Both the position numbers and the translations under genes were made by a program. A DNA stretch of 64,000 nucleotides from a virus (taxonomy: Duplodnaviria; Caudoviricetes), in IMG/VR virus record IMGVR_UViG_2974597873_000001, positions 32,001-96,000 of that record. One strand, written 5' to 3'. Below the pieces are notes generated by a model, which had not been told where the DNA came from, made no database searches, and saw only the letters and a list, made by a program, of their open reading frames with translations. This document shows positions 17,240 through 26,993 of this stretch, piece by piece (within the stretch, counting starts at the first letter, position 1; each line of letters opens with the position of its first letter).

Positions 17240-18219
17240 AGTCGTGTCAGTACCATCGGAGTTGCCGTTAGGATTGACTGACGGATTTGTACGTCAGTAA
17301 CGTTCGGCTCACCAATGTCCTTCCCTTCGATTCCGTCGTAGTTAATAAACTTGATGGTCTTACCAGAGCGGAGATACTTCTCCTTGATTTCTCGTGCGGC
17401 CAAACGTCCGGGCTCATCGTTATCCATCGCAATGATGATAACTTCTGCCACATCAAATAGCAAATCCATTTGAGCTTCGGAAACCTTGGCGCCGAATGAG
17501 GAGACACCTCCGTAAATCCCTGCGCTGTAAAGCCTTAGACAATCGAGAGGAGACTCCAGGAGAATTGCTGTACGACCTATGAAACAGTCAATACCGAAGA
17601 GGGTTTCGCTTTTGTGCACCCGCGCAGGGCGGTTAGCGAAGTGACCCTCTTCACTCTTCTCCTGGTATCCCCACAGTTCGAAAGTCTCAGGGTCCCGGAT
17701 AGGGAGAATCCACTGCTCATTCTCCTCATCCCACAGGACACCGTAGTGACTTAGACTTCCCGCAGAAATTCGTCGTCGTTCTCGGGCATGATGGGGTGCG
17801 TCCCCGTAAAGAGCCAACCGGGATTCGTTCCACTCACGACGTGGGACTGGCTGTTCACCGTGAGAGGCAGACTGAAGATATCGACGTACCCGCTCGACTC
17901 CACCACGATCACGGACCCACTCTTCTGCATCAGACCGTTCATAACCAAGTACCTCCTGGACTAGAGAAACGAATGAACCACTGAAACCACACGAGAAACA
18001 GCTATGCTGACCCGTGTCCACGTTGATAGACCATTTGTTGGGCTTGTTATTCTCCCTGCCCAACCTTTCGTAGTGGCCTGGACACAAAGCCCAAGCCTCT
18101 CCGAATCCCAATCGTACTACTCGAATTCCCAACTCGTCAAGAGACCCGAGTACATCACCCGGAATGGGAATACCAGTAGATCCCCAACCGCTCTTAGAAG
18201 TTCGTCCCGTACTCCTCAT
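17236..18219 (-). CDS. DNA primase (CHC2 Zn finger + TOPRIM)
   Basis: CPGH...CFSC; LES.LD, DND.PG, KD.GE. Confidence 0.88.
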   Translation of the reverse strand: MRSTGRTSKSGWGSTGIPIPGDVLGSLDELGIRVVRLGFGEAWALCPGHYERLGRENNKPNKWSINVDTGQHSCFSCGFSGSFVSLVQEVLGYERSDAEEWVRDRGGVERVRRYLQSASHGEQPVPRREWNESRLALYGDAPHHARERRRISAGSLSHYGVLWDEENEQWILPIRDPETFELWGYQEKSEEGHFANRPARVHKSETLFGIDCFIGRTAILLESPLDCLRLYSAGIYGGVSSFGAKVSEAQMDLLFDVAEVIIIAMDNDEPGRLAAREIKEKYLRSGKTIKFINYDGIEGKDIGEPNVTDVQIRQSILTATPMVLTRL

Positions 18220-19459
18220 TCATTAGCTCCCTATCAAGGTCGTTGTCAAGATCCACGCCCTCGATCTCCTCAAAAGTACCGGTATCGAAATCCATCATAA
18301 CCAGTGTCTCCGTAGGAGTTCCACGGCGAGTCATGATGATCTTAAGCTTACGGATGTTCTTGTCTTCCGTTCGCTCGACACCGATAACCACGTTGGAGTA
18401 CTGCGCGAACGCGCGGGAACCCATGATGGAGTCGTTGTTAAGCGTCTCGCCCTTGGTACGAGCAGGAGTGGACTGCGTGACGTCGATGATGCAAATCTTA
18501 CGGTTCATTGCCATGAACTTCAAGCCCGCAACGATGTTGGCAAGAGCCTGAGGAGATCCCTTATCGAATCCCTCTTCGTCCTCCATCATGTACACACCAT
18601 CTACGATGACGATGTCCGGCTTGAGCATATCGATCTTAGCACCGATAGCCGTAACGGTCATGCAGTCCTCAGAGAAGGTGAGAGCCGGAAGGTTCTCCGT
18701 GATATGCACAGCCTTCTCAAGTCGTGCCCACTCCTCCGAGTTGATGTTACCGCTAAGAAGTTTCATGTCGTTGATGCCCGCACGATAAGCGTCAAGACGC
18801 TGCTCGCACTCTTCCGACGTCATCTCAAAGGTGAGATAGAGTACTTTCTTGCCGTACTCCTGTGCGTGCTTGGCGAACAGCATAGCAAACACAGACTTGG
18901 AAGCCTTGGTAAGACCGGTAAGCGTGATGAGCTGACCAGGCTGGAAGCCCTGAGTGGCACAGTCGATAGTGTGGAACCCCGAAGGGATGCCCACCATCAT
19001 ACCGGGGTTGTTCTTCCTGTCAAGGTATCGAGCCAGACGCTCATCACCGTTCTGCGTAATATCCACATCACGGCTCTGCGGTACGTCGTTGTGGATCTTA
19101 CCCACCAGGGAACCCGTAAGGTTCACCGCTGCGTTGATGTCACCATTGTCGAGTGCCTGAACGATGTTGTCAAGACTACCGTTGAACAGAGAATTCAGGT
19201 GCTTATCACGCATACGCTGAATAAGATCTGACCACGGCTCTTCAACCTCAATGAGCTTGACGTCGGGACAGTCATTGATCATCACACGCGTGGAGGGGAC
19301 CTCTCCGTGATCCCTGTAATAACTCTGGATGAACGAGTAAGCCTCGCGCATCGCAGAGTTGGTAAAGAACTTCGCCTGAATGTCACCGGCTTCGGTAAGC
19401 GAGCCCTCCTGAATAATCTTGGAGATCAGGAGCTTTTCAGGGTCAAGAGTGTAAGCCAT
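18194..19459 (-). CDS. dnaB: DnaB-like replicative helicase
   Basis: GIPSGF..ID....GFQPGQL, G.TKASKS, FEM, IVDGVY. Confidence 0.88.
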   Translation of the reverse strand: MAYTLDPEKLLISKIIQEGSLTEAGDIQAKFFTNSAMREAYSFIQSYYRDHGEVPSTRVMINDCPDVKLIEVEEPWSDLIQRMRDKHLNSLFNGSLDNIVQALDNGDINAAVNLTGSLVGKIHNDVPQSRDVDITQNGDERLARYLDRKNNPGMMVGIPSGFHTIDCATQGFQPGQLITLTGLTKASKSVFAMLFAKHAQEYGKKVLYLTFEMTSEECEQRLDAYRAGINDMKLLSGNINSEEWARLEKAVHITENLPALTFSEDCMTVTAIGAKIDMLKPDIVIVDGVYMMEDEEGFDKGSPQALANIVAGLKFMAMNRKICIIDVTQSTPARTKGETLNNDSIMGSRAFAQYSNVVIGVERTEDKNIRKLKIIMTRRGTPTETLVMMDFDTGTFEEIEGVDLDNDLDRELMNEEYGTNF

Positions 19460-19474
19460 GCCCCTCCCTTTCGT

Positions 19475-19927
19475 TTAAGTAATGAGGCCCATCAGATTAA
19501 GATCCTCACTTGTGGTGTGACGACCCTTGCTTCCCCAACGTAGCATACGTTCAGGAGCCGGATCAAGTACCGCCAGGATGGACCTGTCGTACGTCAGCTC
19601 GTACAGCAACTCTTGTTCGTCGTAACTTACCACATCTCCGAACAACAGGTTCCGCTGATCCAGTCGGTCACGAACCGCGTCGGCAAAGTCTGCACCCTGG
19701 AAGGTCAAGATGTCAATCCTGAAATTGTAACGCCAATAAAGGTCACGCATTCCCTGACTAGTAGGGAGATTCAACGTGTATTGATTTACAGCCTTATCCC
19801 ATTGCTTTCTTTTACGGTACAACGCCTCAAGGGCCTTGCTCTTGGTATCCGGAAGGACACCCACAAGGCCCTCGAAGACTATGTAGACGCGCGGGAGGAC
19901 TGCACTGGACAGTTCACCCTTCATCAT
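19475..19927 (-). CDS. hypothetical protein, possible degenerate HAD fold
   Basis: VYIVFEGL resembles HAD motif I without the catalytic Asp. Confidence 0.6.
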   Translation of the reverse strand: MMKGELSSAVLPRVYIVFEGLVGVLPDTKSKALEALYRKRKQWDKAVNQYTLNLPTSQGMRDLYWRYNFRIDILTFQGADFADAVRDRLDQRNLLFGDVVSYDEQELLYELTYDRSILAVLDPAPERMLRWGSKGRHTTSEDLNLMGLIT

Positions 19928-20132
19928 GTGGCGACACCCCTGAGGGGGTTCTGGAGAGGTAGTCAGCGAAGCGTGCTACCTCCTTCTCGATGACGTCAGG
20001 ATCGTACATGCAGATCTCCCGCTCGTTACCATCCTCGTCAAAGAAATTCTTGGTCTCCTCAAAGACCTCGTCCACAGCCGCGAACAGCTTCTCGTTATTA
20101 CGGTCAGGGTCCGGGCAAGGTGCAGTACTCAT
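19914..20132 (-). CDS. hypothetical protein
   Basis: AAGGAG RBS. Confidence 0.6.
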   Translation of the reverse strand: MSTAPCPDPDRNNEKLFAAVDEVFEETKNFFDEDGNEREICMYDPDVIEKEVARFADYLSRTPSGVSPHDEG

Positions 20133-20140
20133 ATCTCTCC

Positions 20141-20719
20141 TTAGTCAAGTTCTACGTAGTCACAGGAAATACACGCCATACCAGAGTGCCCCATGCCATC
20201 ATCAGCCCATGAAAGCTGGTGAACATGCGGACCCCAACCAGACTCTATCTTCTTAAGAGCCTTCTTTTGCATAGCCTTGTTCGCATTGCAACATCCGTCA
20301 CATCCGTGAACCCAGATGGAATTGTTCCCGAGTTGCCTGGAGATAAAGGAAGCCGAGTCAGGATCAGGATGACCAACACCATGCTTACAGATACGCTCGA
20401 TAAGCCAGAACTTATCCTCGCGCATGAGTTGCTTGGCCTCACTCAGAGGATGGAAAGATGGATTGTGGATAGCACAACCGTCAATCTCACAATCAAGTCC
20501 TCGCTTGTGCACACGGTAGGTACGACCAGTACAATCGGTCCACTCGTCGTGAGTCTTGGACTCTTCCTCAATGCGCTTGATTTCCTCAAGCTTATAGTCC
20601 TGATACTGCTGCATCAAGTCAATAGTGGCTTCCTCGAATTCCCGATAAAATTCGGGGTCCTGAAGGTCCACCAGCAGATCATCCCAGAAAGCGGAGTGCT
20701 GATCATAAATACCCGTCAT
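20141..20719 (-). CDS. Cys/His-rich hypothetical protein
   Basis: H...C....CAIHNPS.H...ERICKHGVGHPDPD...HGCDGCC. Confidence 0.7.
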   Translation of the reverse strand: MTGIYDQHSAFWDDLLVDLQDPEFYREFEEATIDLMQQYQDYKLEEIKRIEEESKTHDEWTDCTGRTYRVHKRGLDCEIDGCAIHNPSFHPLSEAKQLMREDKFWLIERICKHGVGHPDPDSASFISRQLGNNSIWVHGCDGCCNANKAMQKKALKKIESGWGPHVHQLSWADDGMGHSGMACISCDYVELD

Positions 20720-20873
20720 TGGGCTTCACTTCCTTTACAGTTCTATTCGTGAATTTGTCCACCCATTTGGGTTCAATGCCTTTGACAACTACGGGACAGA
20801 TCCCAATTCGGTGACCCATCCCGTAGTTGTTGTAACAGTAAAGGCATCGCAGTTCTACGGGCCTCTGTGACAT
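20703..20873 (-). CDS. small Zn-finger-like protein
   Basis: MSQRPVELRCLYC...GH...CP. Confidence 0.55.
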   Translation of the reverse strand: MSQRPVELRCLYCYNNYGMGHRIGICPVVVKGIEPKWVDKFTNRTVKEVKPNDGYL

Positions 20874-20874
20874 G

Positions 20875-21051
20875 TCACTCGCCCATGTCAAACAGATTGA
20901 GACCCACCGTGTAAGGCTTGTTGGTACCAGCCTCAACCCACCTACGGTCCTTGGGTGCCTTCAGACGCATAGAACAGTCCATCTTGTGACCCTGTCCCAC
21001 CAGCCTGCGGCACTCCCGACAAGCAATCTTAACTACCTTGTCCTTGGCCAT
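20875..21051 (-). CDS. small Zn-finger-like protein (58 aa, not in ORF track)
   Basis: AGGAG RBS; MAKDKVVKIACRECRRLVGQGHKMDC... Confidence 0.65.
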   Translation of the reverse strand: MAKDKVVKIACRECRRLVGQGHKMDCSMRLKAPKDRRWVEAGTNKPYTVGLNLFDMGE

Positions 21052-21056
21052 ATCTC

Positions 21057-21200
21057 CTACCTCAGTCGGTACGATTCTCCCATGGTCTTCTTCAGATCCT
21101 CAAGTTCCCTCACGGCAACCTTAGGATCTGAAGATGCCCAGCGGTGGTTCACCCACTTGTGATTCTTGGCGTCCCACCGCTGGATCATCTTTCGTGCCAC
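21057..21200 (-). CDS. small basic protein (47 aa, not in ORF track)
   Basis: GTG start, MARKMIQRWDAKNHKWVNHRW...; fills the gap exactly. Confidence 0.55.
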   Translation of the reverse strand: MARKMIQRWDAKNHKWVNHRWASSDPKVAVRELEDLKKTMGESYRLR

Positions 21201-21208
21201 TCTACCCC

Positions 21209-22111
21209 CTAGAAGTCGCCGGGTGCAACCTGAAGAACGTTGACACCCAGCTTACGGATACGACGGACCACACGGTCCCGGTCGTCCAGCCACACGTGAA
21301 CACGGTACTGGTTACGGACGTGCATGTCAAACAGATCCTGCTTGACATCAGCGTCGTTACGTCCGTCGTTCCCGGCACGCATGTACAGATCCGTGTAGAA
21401 GATCCCAGCGTTCTCAAGCCACTGCTCCGTGGCCTCTCGGCACGTGTCCGGACGACCCGACAGAACGATAACCTCGTAGCCATCCTCCCAGTACAGATCA
21501 ACCAGCTTACGGATGTGCTCGTGCACCGCGTCCGTGTGAACTCGGCTGTAGTCGTAGGGACTACGCGCAACGTGCTCAGCCAGCGTACCGTCGATGTCCA
21601 CCACAATGGCTCTAGCAGTACCCGGACGGGGCTCGTAAGGAGCCGACAGAACGATGTCGTTCATGTACTCGTCCGTCAGGCGCCAGGGCTTCTGAAGCTG
21701 CCGTGCCATGTTCTTGATGACGTCTGCGCCAACCGGGTTGGTGCGCTTGCTGTCACGCGTGATGCACTCCGACACGGAGACATCCGTGAAGTCCATCACC
21801 TTGAAACGAACGTCCCCGTCGAACAGCTTCTTGTAACGGTTCGGCATGTTCTTGTTCAGGTGGGTGTTGTCGATCACAACGTCGTGACCCGACTTGACTG
21901 CACGAACGATCAGCTCGTCCTGGAAGCGCTTAGCGGTCTCCTCCAGATCCTTGCGGAAACCCAGCAGGGTACCGTGTCCGAAGCCCATCATGGCTCGGAT
22001 GTCGTCCAGGTTCACGCGAACCAGATCCCCGTTACTGGCGTCCACAAGGGACTTAGCCCAGGTGCTCTTCCCCGATGCGGGGAGCCCCGTGGTTACGTAG
22101 ATCGTCTGCAT
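21209..22111 (-). CDS. pseT: polynucleotide 5'-kinase/3'-phosphatase (T4 PseT-like)
   Basis: GLPASGKSTWA P-loop, NLDDIR, then HAD DIDGT, SGR, LDDR; GGAGG RBS. Confidence 0.93.
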   Translation of the reverse strand: MQTIYVTTGLPASGKSTWAKSLVDASNGDLVRVNLDDIRAMMGFGHGTLLGFRKDLEETAKRFQDELIVRAVKSGHDVVIDNTHLNKNMPNRYKKLFDGDVRFKVMDFTDVSVSECITRDSKRTNPVGADVIKNMARQLQKPWRLTDEYMNDIVLSAPYEPRPGTARAIVVDIDGTLAEHVARSPYDYSRVHTDAVHEHIRKLVDLYWEDGYEVIVLSGRPDTCREATEQWLENAGIFYTDLYMRAGNDGRNDADVKQDLFDMHVRNQYRVHVWLDDRDRVVRRIRKLGVNVLQVAPGDF

Positions 22112-22256
22112 TGTTTCCTCCCTCAAAGATTGGGACCAGTCGATCCCACTGTTTTTGTTGCTCGAATGTGAGCGTACCGTACTGACGCTGAATCTTCAAC
22201 AGGTACTTGTACTGCCTGCGCCACTGTCTGAGTATGTCGCTTCCCAGATACGGCAT
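22053..22256 (-). CDS. hypothetical protein
   Basis: TGATG-coupled start; overlaps the PNK start. Confidence 0.45.
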   Translation of the reverse strand: MPYLGSDILRQWRRQYKYLLKIQRQYGTLTFEQQKQWDRLVPIFEGGNNADDLRNHGAPRIGEEHLG

Positions 22257-22939
22257 CAGTACTTCAACTTTCGCATGTTGCACAGCATGTTGTCAACAGC
22301 ATCGGTAAGAGGCTCATGACGAACATGCGGCTTCCGCGTGTTGAACAGCTCCTCGTACTCTGCCATAACCTTGGCCGCCAAGTCAAGGTTACCCTCACCC
22401 ACGGCCTGTCCAAAACCTCGCACCTGGAACACTTCGTCCTGCGTCAACCGTACATCAAGCTCACCAGTCCTGTACAGACCGAATCCCTGAATAAGGAGAC
22501 GGTACAGGTGACGTGCGTGCTTCTCAGTACGGTGCTTCATGTCGGAGCCGAAGTCTCCCCGCCTCTGAAGGAGCTTGAATTGCTGCTCAGCGTATCCCAG
22601 GTACGCTGCCTTGACCAGCTTGGCAGAGGCAAACCAGTGACGGGATTCAATCAGCCACTTACCTGGAGGCGTGACCACATCATACTCAGGCAGCCACAGG
22701 AACTCAAGGATGGACGGATTGGACTTCAATGCGAGTCGGCAGAACTTCGCCACCTCATGATAGGTGACATCCTCTTCCTCGCCAGTCTTGTGCACCGTGA
22801 GATCCCGCTCCTGAACGAGCCGAAGCCCCAGGAAATACTCCTGAGGCTCCATGTACACGCCCATGTAGTCAATGTCAGACTCAGGCGTGGCCAACCCGTA
22901 AGCGGTAGATCCCACGACTCCTCTAAGAATCGTGTTCAC
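22256..22939 (-). CDS. Pol-beta superfamily nucleotidyltransferase (RlaP/YcgL-like)
   Basis: VGS.AYGLATPESD.D, E..KF..L....NP..LE.LW, Y.GYA..Q, KHARHL.RLL. Confidence 0.85.
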   Translation of the reverse strand: MNTILRGVVGSTAYGLATPESDIDYMGVYMEPQEYFLGLRLVQERDLTVHKTGEEEDVTYHEVAKFCRLALKSNPSILEFLWLPEYDVVTPPGKWLIESRHWFASAKLVKAAYLGYAEQQFKLLQRRGDFGSDMKHRTEKHARHLYRLLIQGFGLYRTGELDVRLTQDEVFQVRGFGQAVGEGNLDLAAKVMAEYEELFNTRKPHVRHEPLTDAVDNMLCNMRKLKY

Positions 22940-22943
22940 TTGC

Positions 22944-23147
22944 TTATCCCTTCCGCATCTTTTCGATAGCTTCGATAATGTCGTCTCCGATATACGGAGT
23001 AAACAGCGTGGAAAAAGGATTGGGATCAGGGAATTCATCCCGGATCAACGCAATCACATCGTCCATGGCCTCGTAATATCCGGACGTGTGTCCAGCATTG
23101 AAACCCTCGTTGAAGCCCGCCTGGGCTCCATCGTGGTAGTCTCCCAC
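22944..23147 (-). CDS. hypothetical protein
   Basis: GAGG RBS; G-x-x-x-G-[FY] repeats. Confidence 0.6.
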   Translation of the reverse strand: MGDYHDGAQAGFNEGFNAGHTSGYYEAMDDVIALIRDEFPDPNPFSTLFTPYIGDDIIEAIEKMRKG

Positions 23148-23160
23148 TTTTTGTTTCCTC

Positions 23161-23379
23161 TCAGTACTCTACGCCATGAGCACGAATCAGTGCCCAGAAA
23201 TCGCTGGAAAGAGACTCGAACTCGTCAAAGTACTCTACGATCTCCTCCCACTTCTCCGCAACATCCTCAGGGATGTCATAGTCATCCGTCGAAAGACCGT
23301 ACTCCAGGGCGCCAACAAGGCCCCCCTCCCAGTCGATCTTACCGACGAAATCCTCAAGGTTGTACTTACCAGTAGTCAT
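23161..23379 (-). CDS. hypothetical protein
   Basis: WEGG...ALEYGL motif; AAGGA RBS. Confidence 0.7.
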   Translation of the reverse strand: MTTGKYNLEDFVGKIDWEGGLVGALEYGLSTDDYDIPEDVAEKWEEIVEYFDEFESLSSDFWALIRAHGVEY

Positions 23380-23388
23380 GTGTATTCC

Positions 23389-24063
23389 TTAGTCTTCGTA
23401 ACTCTTACGGCTGTCAGGACCGATCATCATGATCGGCTCAAAGGCTTCCTTCCGGAAGCTGTCAAAGCTCTGTCCATACGTGCCAAGCATATCCTCTGGC
23501 TCAATGTTAGTCGTAACCACAGTGGGAAGACCAGCTTCCACACGCTTACGAATAAGCTCGTGAAGAAGACTCTCAGTGAAGCCGGAAGTCGTACGGTGCT
23601 CCTGACCAATATCATCAAGCACCACAAGCGTAGACTTCTGTGCACGAAGAACAACTTCTCGCGCCGCAAGCTTACGCTCCGAGTCCTCCTTTTCAAAGGT
23701 AGTCGTCAGAGCATCCTTGAAGTCTGAGAAACGCGTCATATAGACGCGGTGGTTCAGCGAGAGCCACTGTACCTCAGTAGCAATGGCCGCTGCAAGCGTG
23801 GTCTTACGTGTACCGTTCTTACCCCACAGCATGAGACCACGACCGATGTTCCTACGGTCTTCAGGGTAGTCACCCTTGGAGCGTCGCTCAGGACTGACGT
23901 AGTAGTCACCGAAGTTCTCGATGAACTTACGTGCTTCCTTCAGTGCGATGCGTCCAGAATGGTGGCTGGGCTCGTACTTGTCAAGCCCCTGCCCACGGAA
24001 TCGAACGGGAATGTGGCTACGCTCCCAGCGAGACTCGTAGTCGACACCAGCAATACCAGCCAT
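23389..24063 (-). CDS. DnaC/IstB-like helicase loader ATPase
   Basis: GL.LWG.NGT.KTTLA.AIA, VLDDIG.E, R....PT.VTTN. Confidence 0.88.
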   Translation of the reverse strand: MAGIAGVDYESRWERSHIPVRFRGQGLDKYEPSHHSGRIALKEARKFIENFGDYYVSPERRSKGDYPEDRRNIGRGLMLWGKNGTRKTTLAAAIATEVQWLSLNHRVYMTRFSDFKDALTTTFEKEDSERKLAAREVVLRAQKSTLVVLDDIGQEHRTTSGFTESLLHELIRKRVEAGLPTVVTTNIEPEDMLGTYGQSFDSFRKEAFEPIMMIGPDSRKSYED

Positions 24064-24272
24064 TACTTCTCCTTCTTTCGGTCCAGCACCTCAGCAGCGA
24101 TGTTAACACCAAAGCGTACCCAGTGTCGATCACGAGTGGGGGGCAGCTCCGTCTTACGGATACCTTCAGCCCACTCGTGCGACAGCTCTATGAGCATAGC
24201 AGCTACTTCGGAATCATCGTAGTAGCTATTGCCCTTGAGCAATTGACTGATACGTTCCTCAGCCGGTCCCAT
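24063..24272 (-). CDS. hypothetical protein
   Basis: AAGGAGG RBS, coupled. Confidence 0.65.
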   Translation of the reverse strand: MGPAEERISQLLKGNSYYDDSEVAAMLIELSHEWAEGIRKTELPPTRDRHWVRFGVNIAAEVLDRKKEK

Positions 24273-24733
24273 TATTCCTCCTTAAAGGCGTCATAGTACT
24301 TACGGGCTTTTGCCTCGTTGTCCGGGAAGGCTAGCATGAAAGCTTCCAGCGTGCCAATTTCATAAGCGTCTTCCAGAAGCTCTGTACGGCTCTTAGACGG
24401 CTCGGAAACCCTCTGGACACTAATCCCCTGGGCACGGTACGCAAAGTCCTGCCAGCCCGGGTTCTTGCCGTGCAGGGAGGTGTCTGTCATGTAGGCATGG
24501 ATCAACTCACGCACCTGTGAGGCTGTGATGCCCTGAGCCTTCCACTTCTTCATGACATTTGTGAGCGCCATCACATTAACATAGGCAAAACCTGTTGCCC
24601 AAGTCTGTTTGAACATCTCTGATTCGAAATACTTCGCCATCTTCAGCGAATTCCAATTCTCGTCAACGACCGCAGGGGCCTCCTCAACTTCTGGAGACCC
24701 CCACAAATCGTTGAGCACGTCATCGTAGCTCAA
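24272..24733 (-). CDS. hypothetical protein, possible replication initiation partner
   Basis: Helical ORF two genes upstream of the loader; function inferred from position only. Confidence 0.6.
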   Translation of the reverse strand: MSYDDVLNDLWGSPEVEEAPAVVDENWNSLKMAKYFESEMFKQTWATGFAYVNVMALTNVMKKWKAQGITASQVRELIHAYMTDTSLHGKNPGWQDFAYRAQGISVQRVSEPSKSRTELLEDAYEIGTLEAFMLAFPDNEAKARKYYDAFKEE

Positions 24734-24939
24734 CTAACAACCCTCTCGAAGAAATCCTGCATGTTGACCGGGTGGAAGTACTCCTCCAGCCCGTCACCGA
24801 ACTTGACGTACACAGTACCGTCAGAGTCGATGTGTGTCACCTCCGCGTCACGCTCAACCGCATCCATCGGAAGATCCTCCCCCTCATCGTCAAAGGAGAT
24901 GTCGGAGATCCAGTGAAGCTTGTCGCCAACCTCGTACAT
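24730..24939 (-). CDS. small SH3/KOW-like hypothetical protein
   Basis: EVGDK...V..I...G.VYVKF.DG pattern. Confidence 0.6.
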   Translation of the reverse strand: MYEVGDKLHWISDISFDDEGEDLPMDAVERDAEVTHIDSDGTVYVKFGDGLEEYFHPVNMQDFFERVVS

Positions 24940-25271
24940 TACGGGTACTTCCTTTCGATAATCATCTCGATGTAATGGATTGCCTTGAGAAGATCTTCCT
25001 TCCCATTCTTCTTTTCGTATCTGAGCAGATACTTTAGAGCGTTTCCTTCGTAGAAGTCAAGATGGAAAGCGTCAATCACGTCAACAGGCTGCAAATCCCC
25101 ACCCTGATAGTGATCCCCGCCCACTTGCTTACGCTCTACATTCTCGTCAAGGTCTGACCAAACGTATCCATGAGATTCGTGAGGTCCCGGGTGGTTGTGA
25201 TGTCGATTACACCCCAAGGATTCGGTACCGTGTGATGGCCTGTATTCACTTGAGCATGTAATTCCTAGCAT
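24939..25271 (-). CDS. DUF3310/SaV-like protein
   Basis: QVGGDHY...QP.DVI...F..GNALKY..R...KNG.EDL.KA.HY. Confidence 0.8.
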   Translation of the reverse strand: MLGITCSSEYRPSHGTESLGCNRHHNHPGPHESHGYVWSDLDENVERKQVGGDHYQGGDLQPVDVIDAFHLDFYEGNALKYLLRYEKKNGKEDLLKAIHYIEMIIERKYP

Positions 25272-25507
25272 TTAGTCTCCTTATCGCAGGTAAAGTACCA
25301 CGTGACAGCATCATCACTGCGATAGTGACCCATCATACTGGTGACATCAGCACTGTCACAGTGTGCACAGTGGTAGTGGGGGTGACGCACAGGAAGCATA
25401 CAGCCACGCTTCCTGCACGCACACTCCTCACACATAAACTGATCAGAGGGCATGATGGCACCACAAGCACACTGTGCCACCATCATGTTCTCATCGTAAT
25501 AACTCAC
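25265..25507 (-). CDS. Cys-rich small protein
   Basis: About ten Cys in 80 aa. Confidence 0.6.
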   Translation of the reverse strand: MSYYDENMMVAQCACGAIMPSDQFMCEECACRKRGCMLPVRHPHYHCAHCDSADVTSMMGHYRSDDAVTWYFTCDKETKC

Positions 25508-26628
25508 GAACCCTCCACAATCTTGGTCAGCGCGTCGATCGTACGAGCGAACGCGTTGGACATGTCCTTGATGCCCTCGCCAAGCTCGACAAGGTGCTCC
25601 TTGGAGACTACCACCTTGTCCTGGGGAAGTCGAGCCATCGCAGCCTGCTGCACGTCAGACCACACGTCCGGAACCGGGGCAGGAGAAGGAAGAGTCTTGA
25701 CAGGCTCCAGCTCCGACGGAAGCTCGGAGTGCTTAGTGAACGGAATGCCCGCAACGACAACAGTGTCACCGACCTTGTGCTCAGGCTCCTCCACATCCGG
25801 TTCACCCTGTCGCGCGAGAAGCTTCTCCGCCTCAAGCTCAGCCATCAGCTCATCAACAGACCTCACACCATCCTCAGGCGCAAGCTTCTCGTTCAGACCC
25901 TTGGAGACCCGAGAAACCCGCTTGGCGGCCGTGGTTACCTTCTCCTCATGAGAGGTCTCTACGGGCGCAGCAGCCTTCTTAGCGACCCGCTTACGCGGAG
26001 CAGTAGCCTTCTTCGCTGCTGGAGCCTCAGCAGCCTTAGCAGCGGCCTCCTGCTCCTTCTCCGCAGCAATACGGATCTTCTCCTTGGTCTCGAACTCCTC
26101 CCGCTCACGCTCCTCCTTGAGGATTTCGTCAGTCGTCTTGAATCCGGGGAACGAATCCACCAGACCCTCAGAGAGATTCAGAACCGTGACGGAGTTGTAG
26201 TTCTTGAGGTCACCCACACGTGCGATGTCCTCAGGGTTGCTCTCATCGTACAGAACAACAGCCGCAACCTCGTGACCGTTCTTCTGAAGGTCCACAAGGT
26301 ATGACATGGCATCACCGAGAGCGTCACCCTTGTCGACCTGGAAAACCTCCTTGGACGAAGCCACAGAACGGTGACCCATCTCCGGCTCGACAAAGGCGTA
26401 GATGTCCCAGTCAGGGTTCTGACGATCCTGACCGACAGCCCACTGGTTCAGGACAACGTCCATACCCTTGCCACCCGTCCCGTCAAAGGGAACGAGAAGC
26501 TTAACCTCACGAGACTCCAGATCCGCACCGAAGACGTAGTCCTCAAGAAGATCGATGACGTTGGCAAGGGTAGTGTTACCCGAACCGGTGATGAGAAGAG
26601 CGAGATCCTTGTTGAAGTCCTGACCCAT
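25504..26628 (-). CDS. multi-domain protein: alpha/beta N-domain, histone-like Ala/Lys linker, C-terminal helix
   Basis: LLITGSG start; AAKKATAPRKRVAKKAAAP linker; AGGAGG RBS. Confidence 0.75.
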   Translation of the reverse strand: MGQDFNKDLALLITGSGNTTLANVIDLLEDYVFGADLESREVKLLVPFDGTGGKGMDVVLNQWAVGQDRQNPDWDIYAFVEPEMGHRSVASSKEVFQVDKGDALGDAMSYLVDLQKNGHEVAAVVLYDESNPEDIARVGDLKNYNSVTVLNLSEGLVDSFPGFKTTDEILKEEREREEFETKEKIRIAAEKEQEAAAKAAEAPAAKKATAPRKRVAKKAAAPVETSHEEKVTTAAKRVSRVSKGLNEKLAPEDGVRSVDELMAELEAEKLLARQGEPDVEEPEHKVGDTVVVAGIPFTKHSELPSELEPVKTLPSPAPVPDVWSDVQQAAMARLPQDKVVVSKEHLVELGEGIKDMSNAFARTIDALTKIVEGS

Positions 26629-26669
26629 GGTTTGTTTCCTCCTAGTTTTGTTTGGGTGAGTAAGTTGTA

Positions 26670-26993
26670 TCAGATGCCGCGAACGGCGTCAAGCGAGAGC
26701 CACATCAGCATGTCGTCATACTCCTTGTGGCGGAAATTGCGCAGCACCTGACCCGCATCGTCAAAGACCATGTCTCGATGGGGGTTCGGCTCGTACTCAT
26801 CATCAGGATCAGACCAGTTGCGCATGAAGTCAATAGCGGTCTTCTCCGTCATGGCAACACCGATAGGCCAAGAAGCACTGTCGTCCCCGTTCCACTCGTT
26901 GCGAGAGATCACGTAGAAGTTGCTGTCCAAGGAGAAAGCGTGCTTCACCTCGTTAAGCTGCTGCGACAGAATTTCACCAAAGCTGCGGTCCAT
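26670..26993 (-). CDS. hypothetical protein
   Basis: AAGGAG RBS, TGATG coupling. Confidence 0.7.
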   Translation of the reverse strand: MDRSFGEILSQQLNEVKHAFSLDSNFYVISRNEWNGDDSASWPIGVAMTEKTAIDFMRNWSDPDDEYEPNPHRDMVFDDAGQVLRNFRHKEYDDMLMWLSLDAVRGI

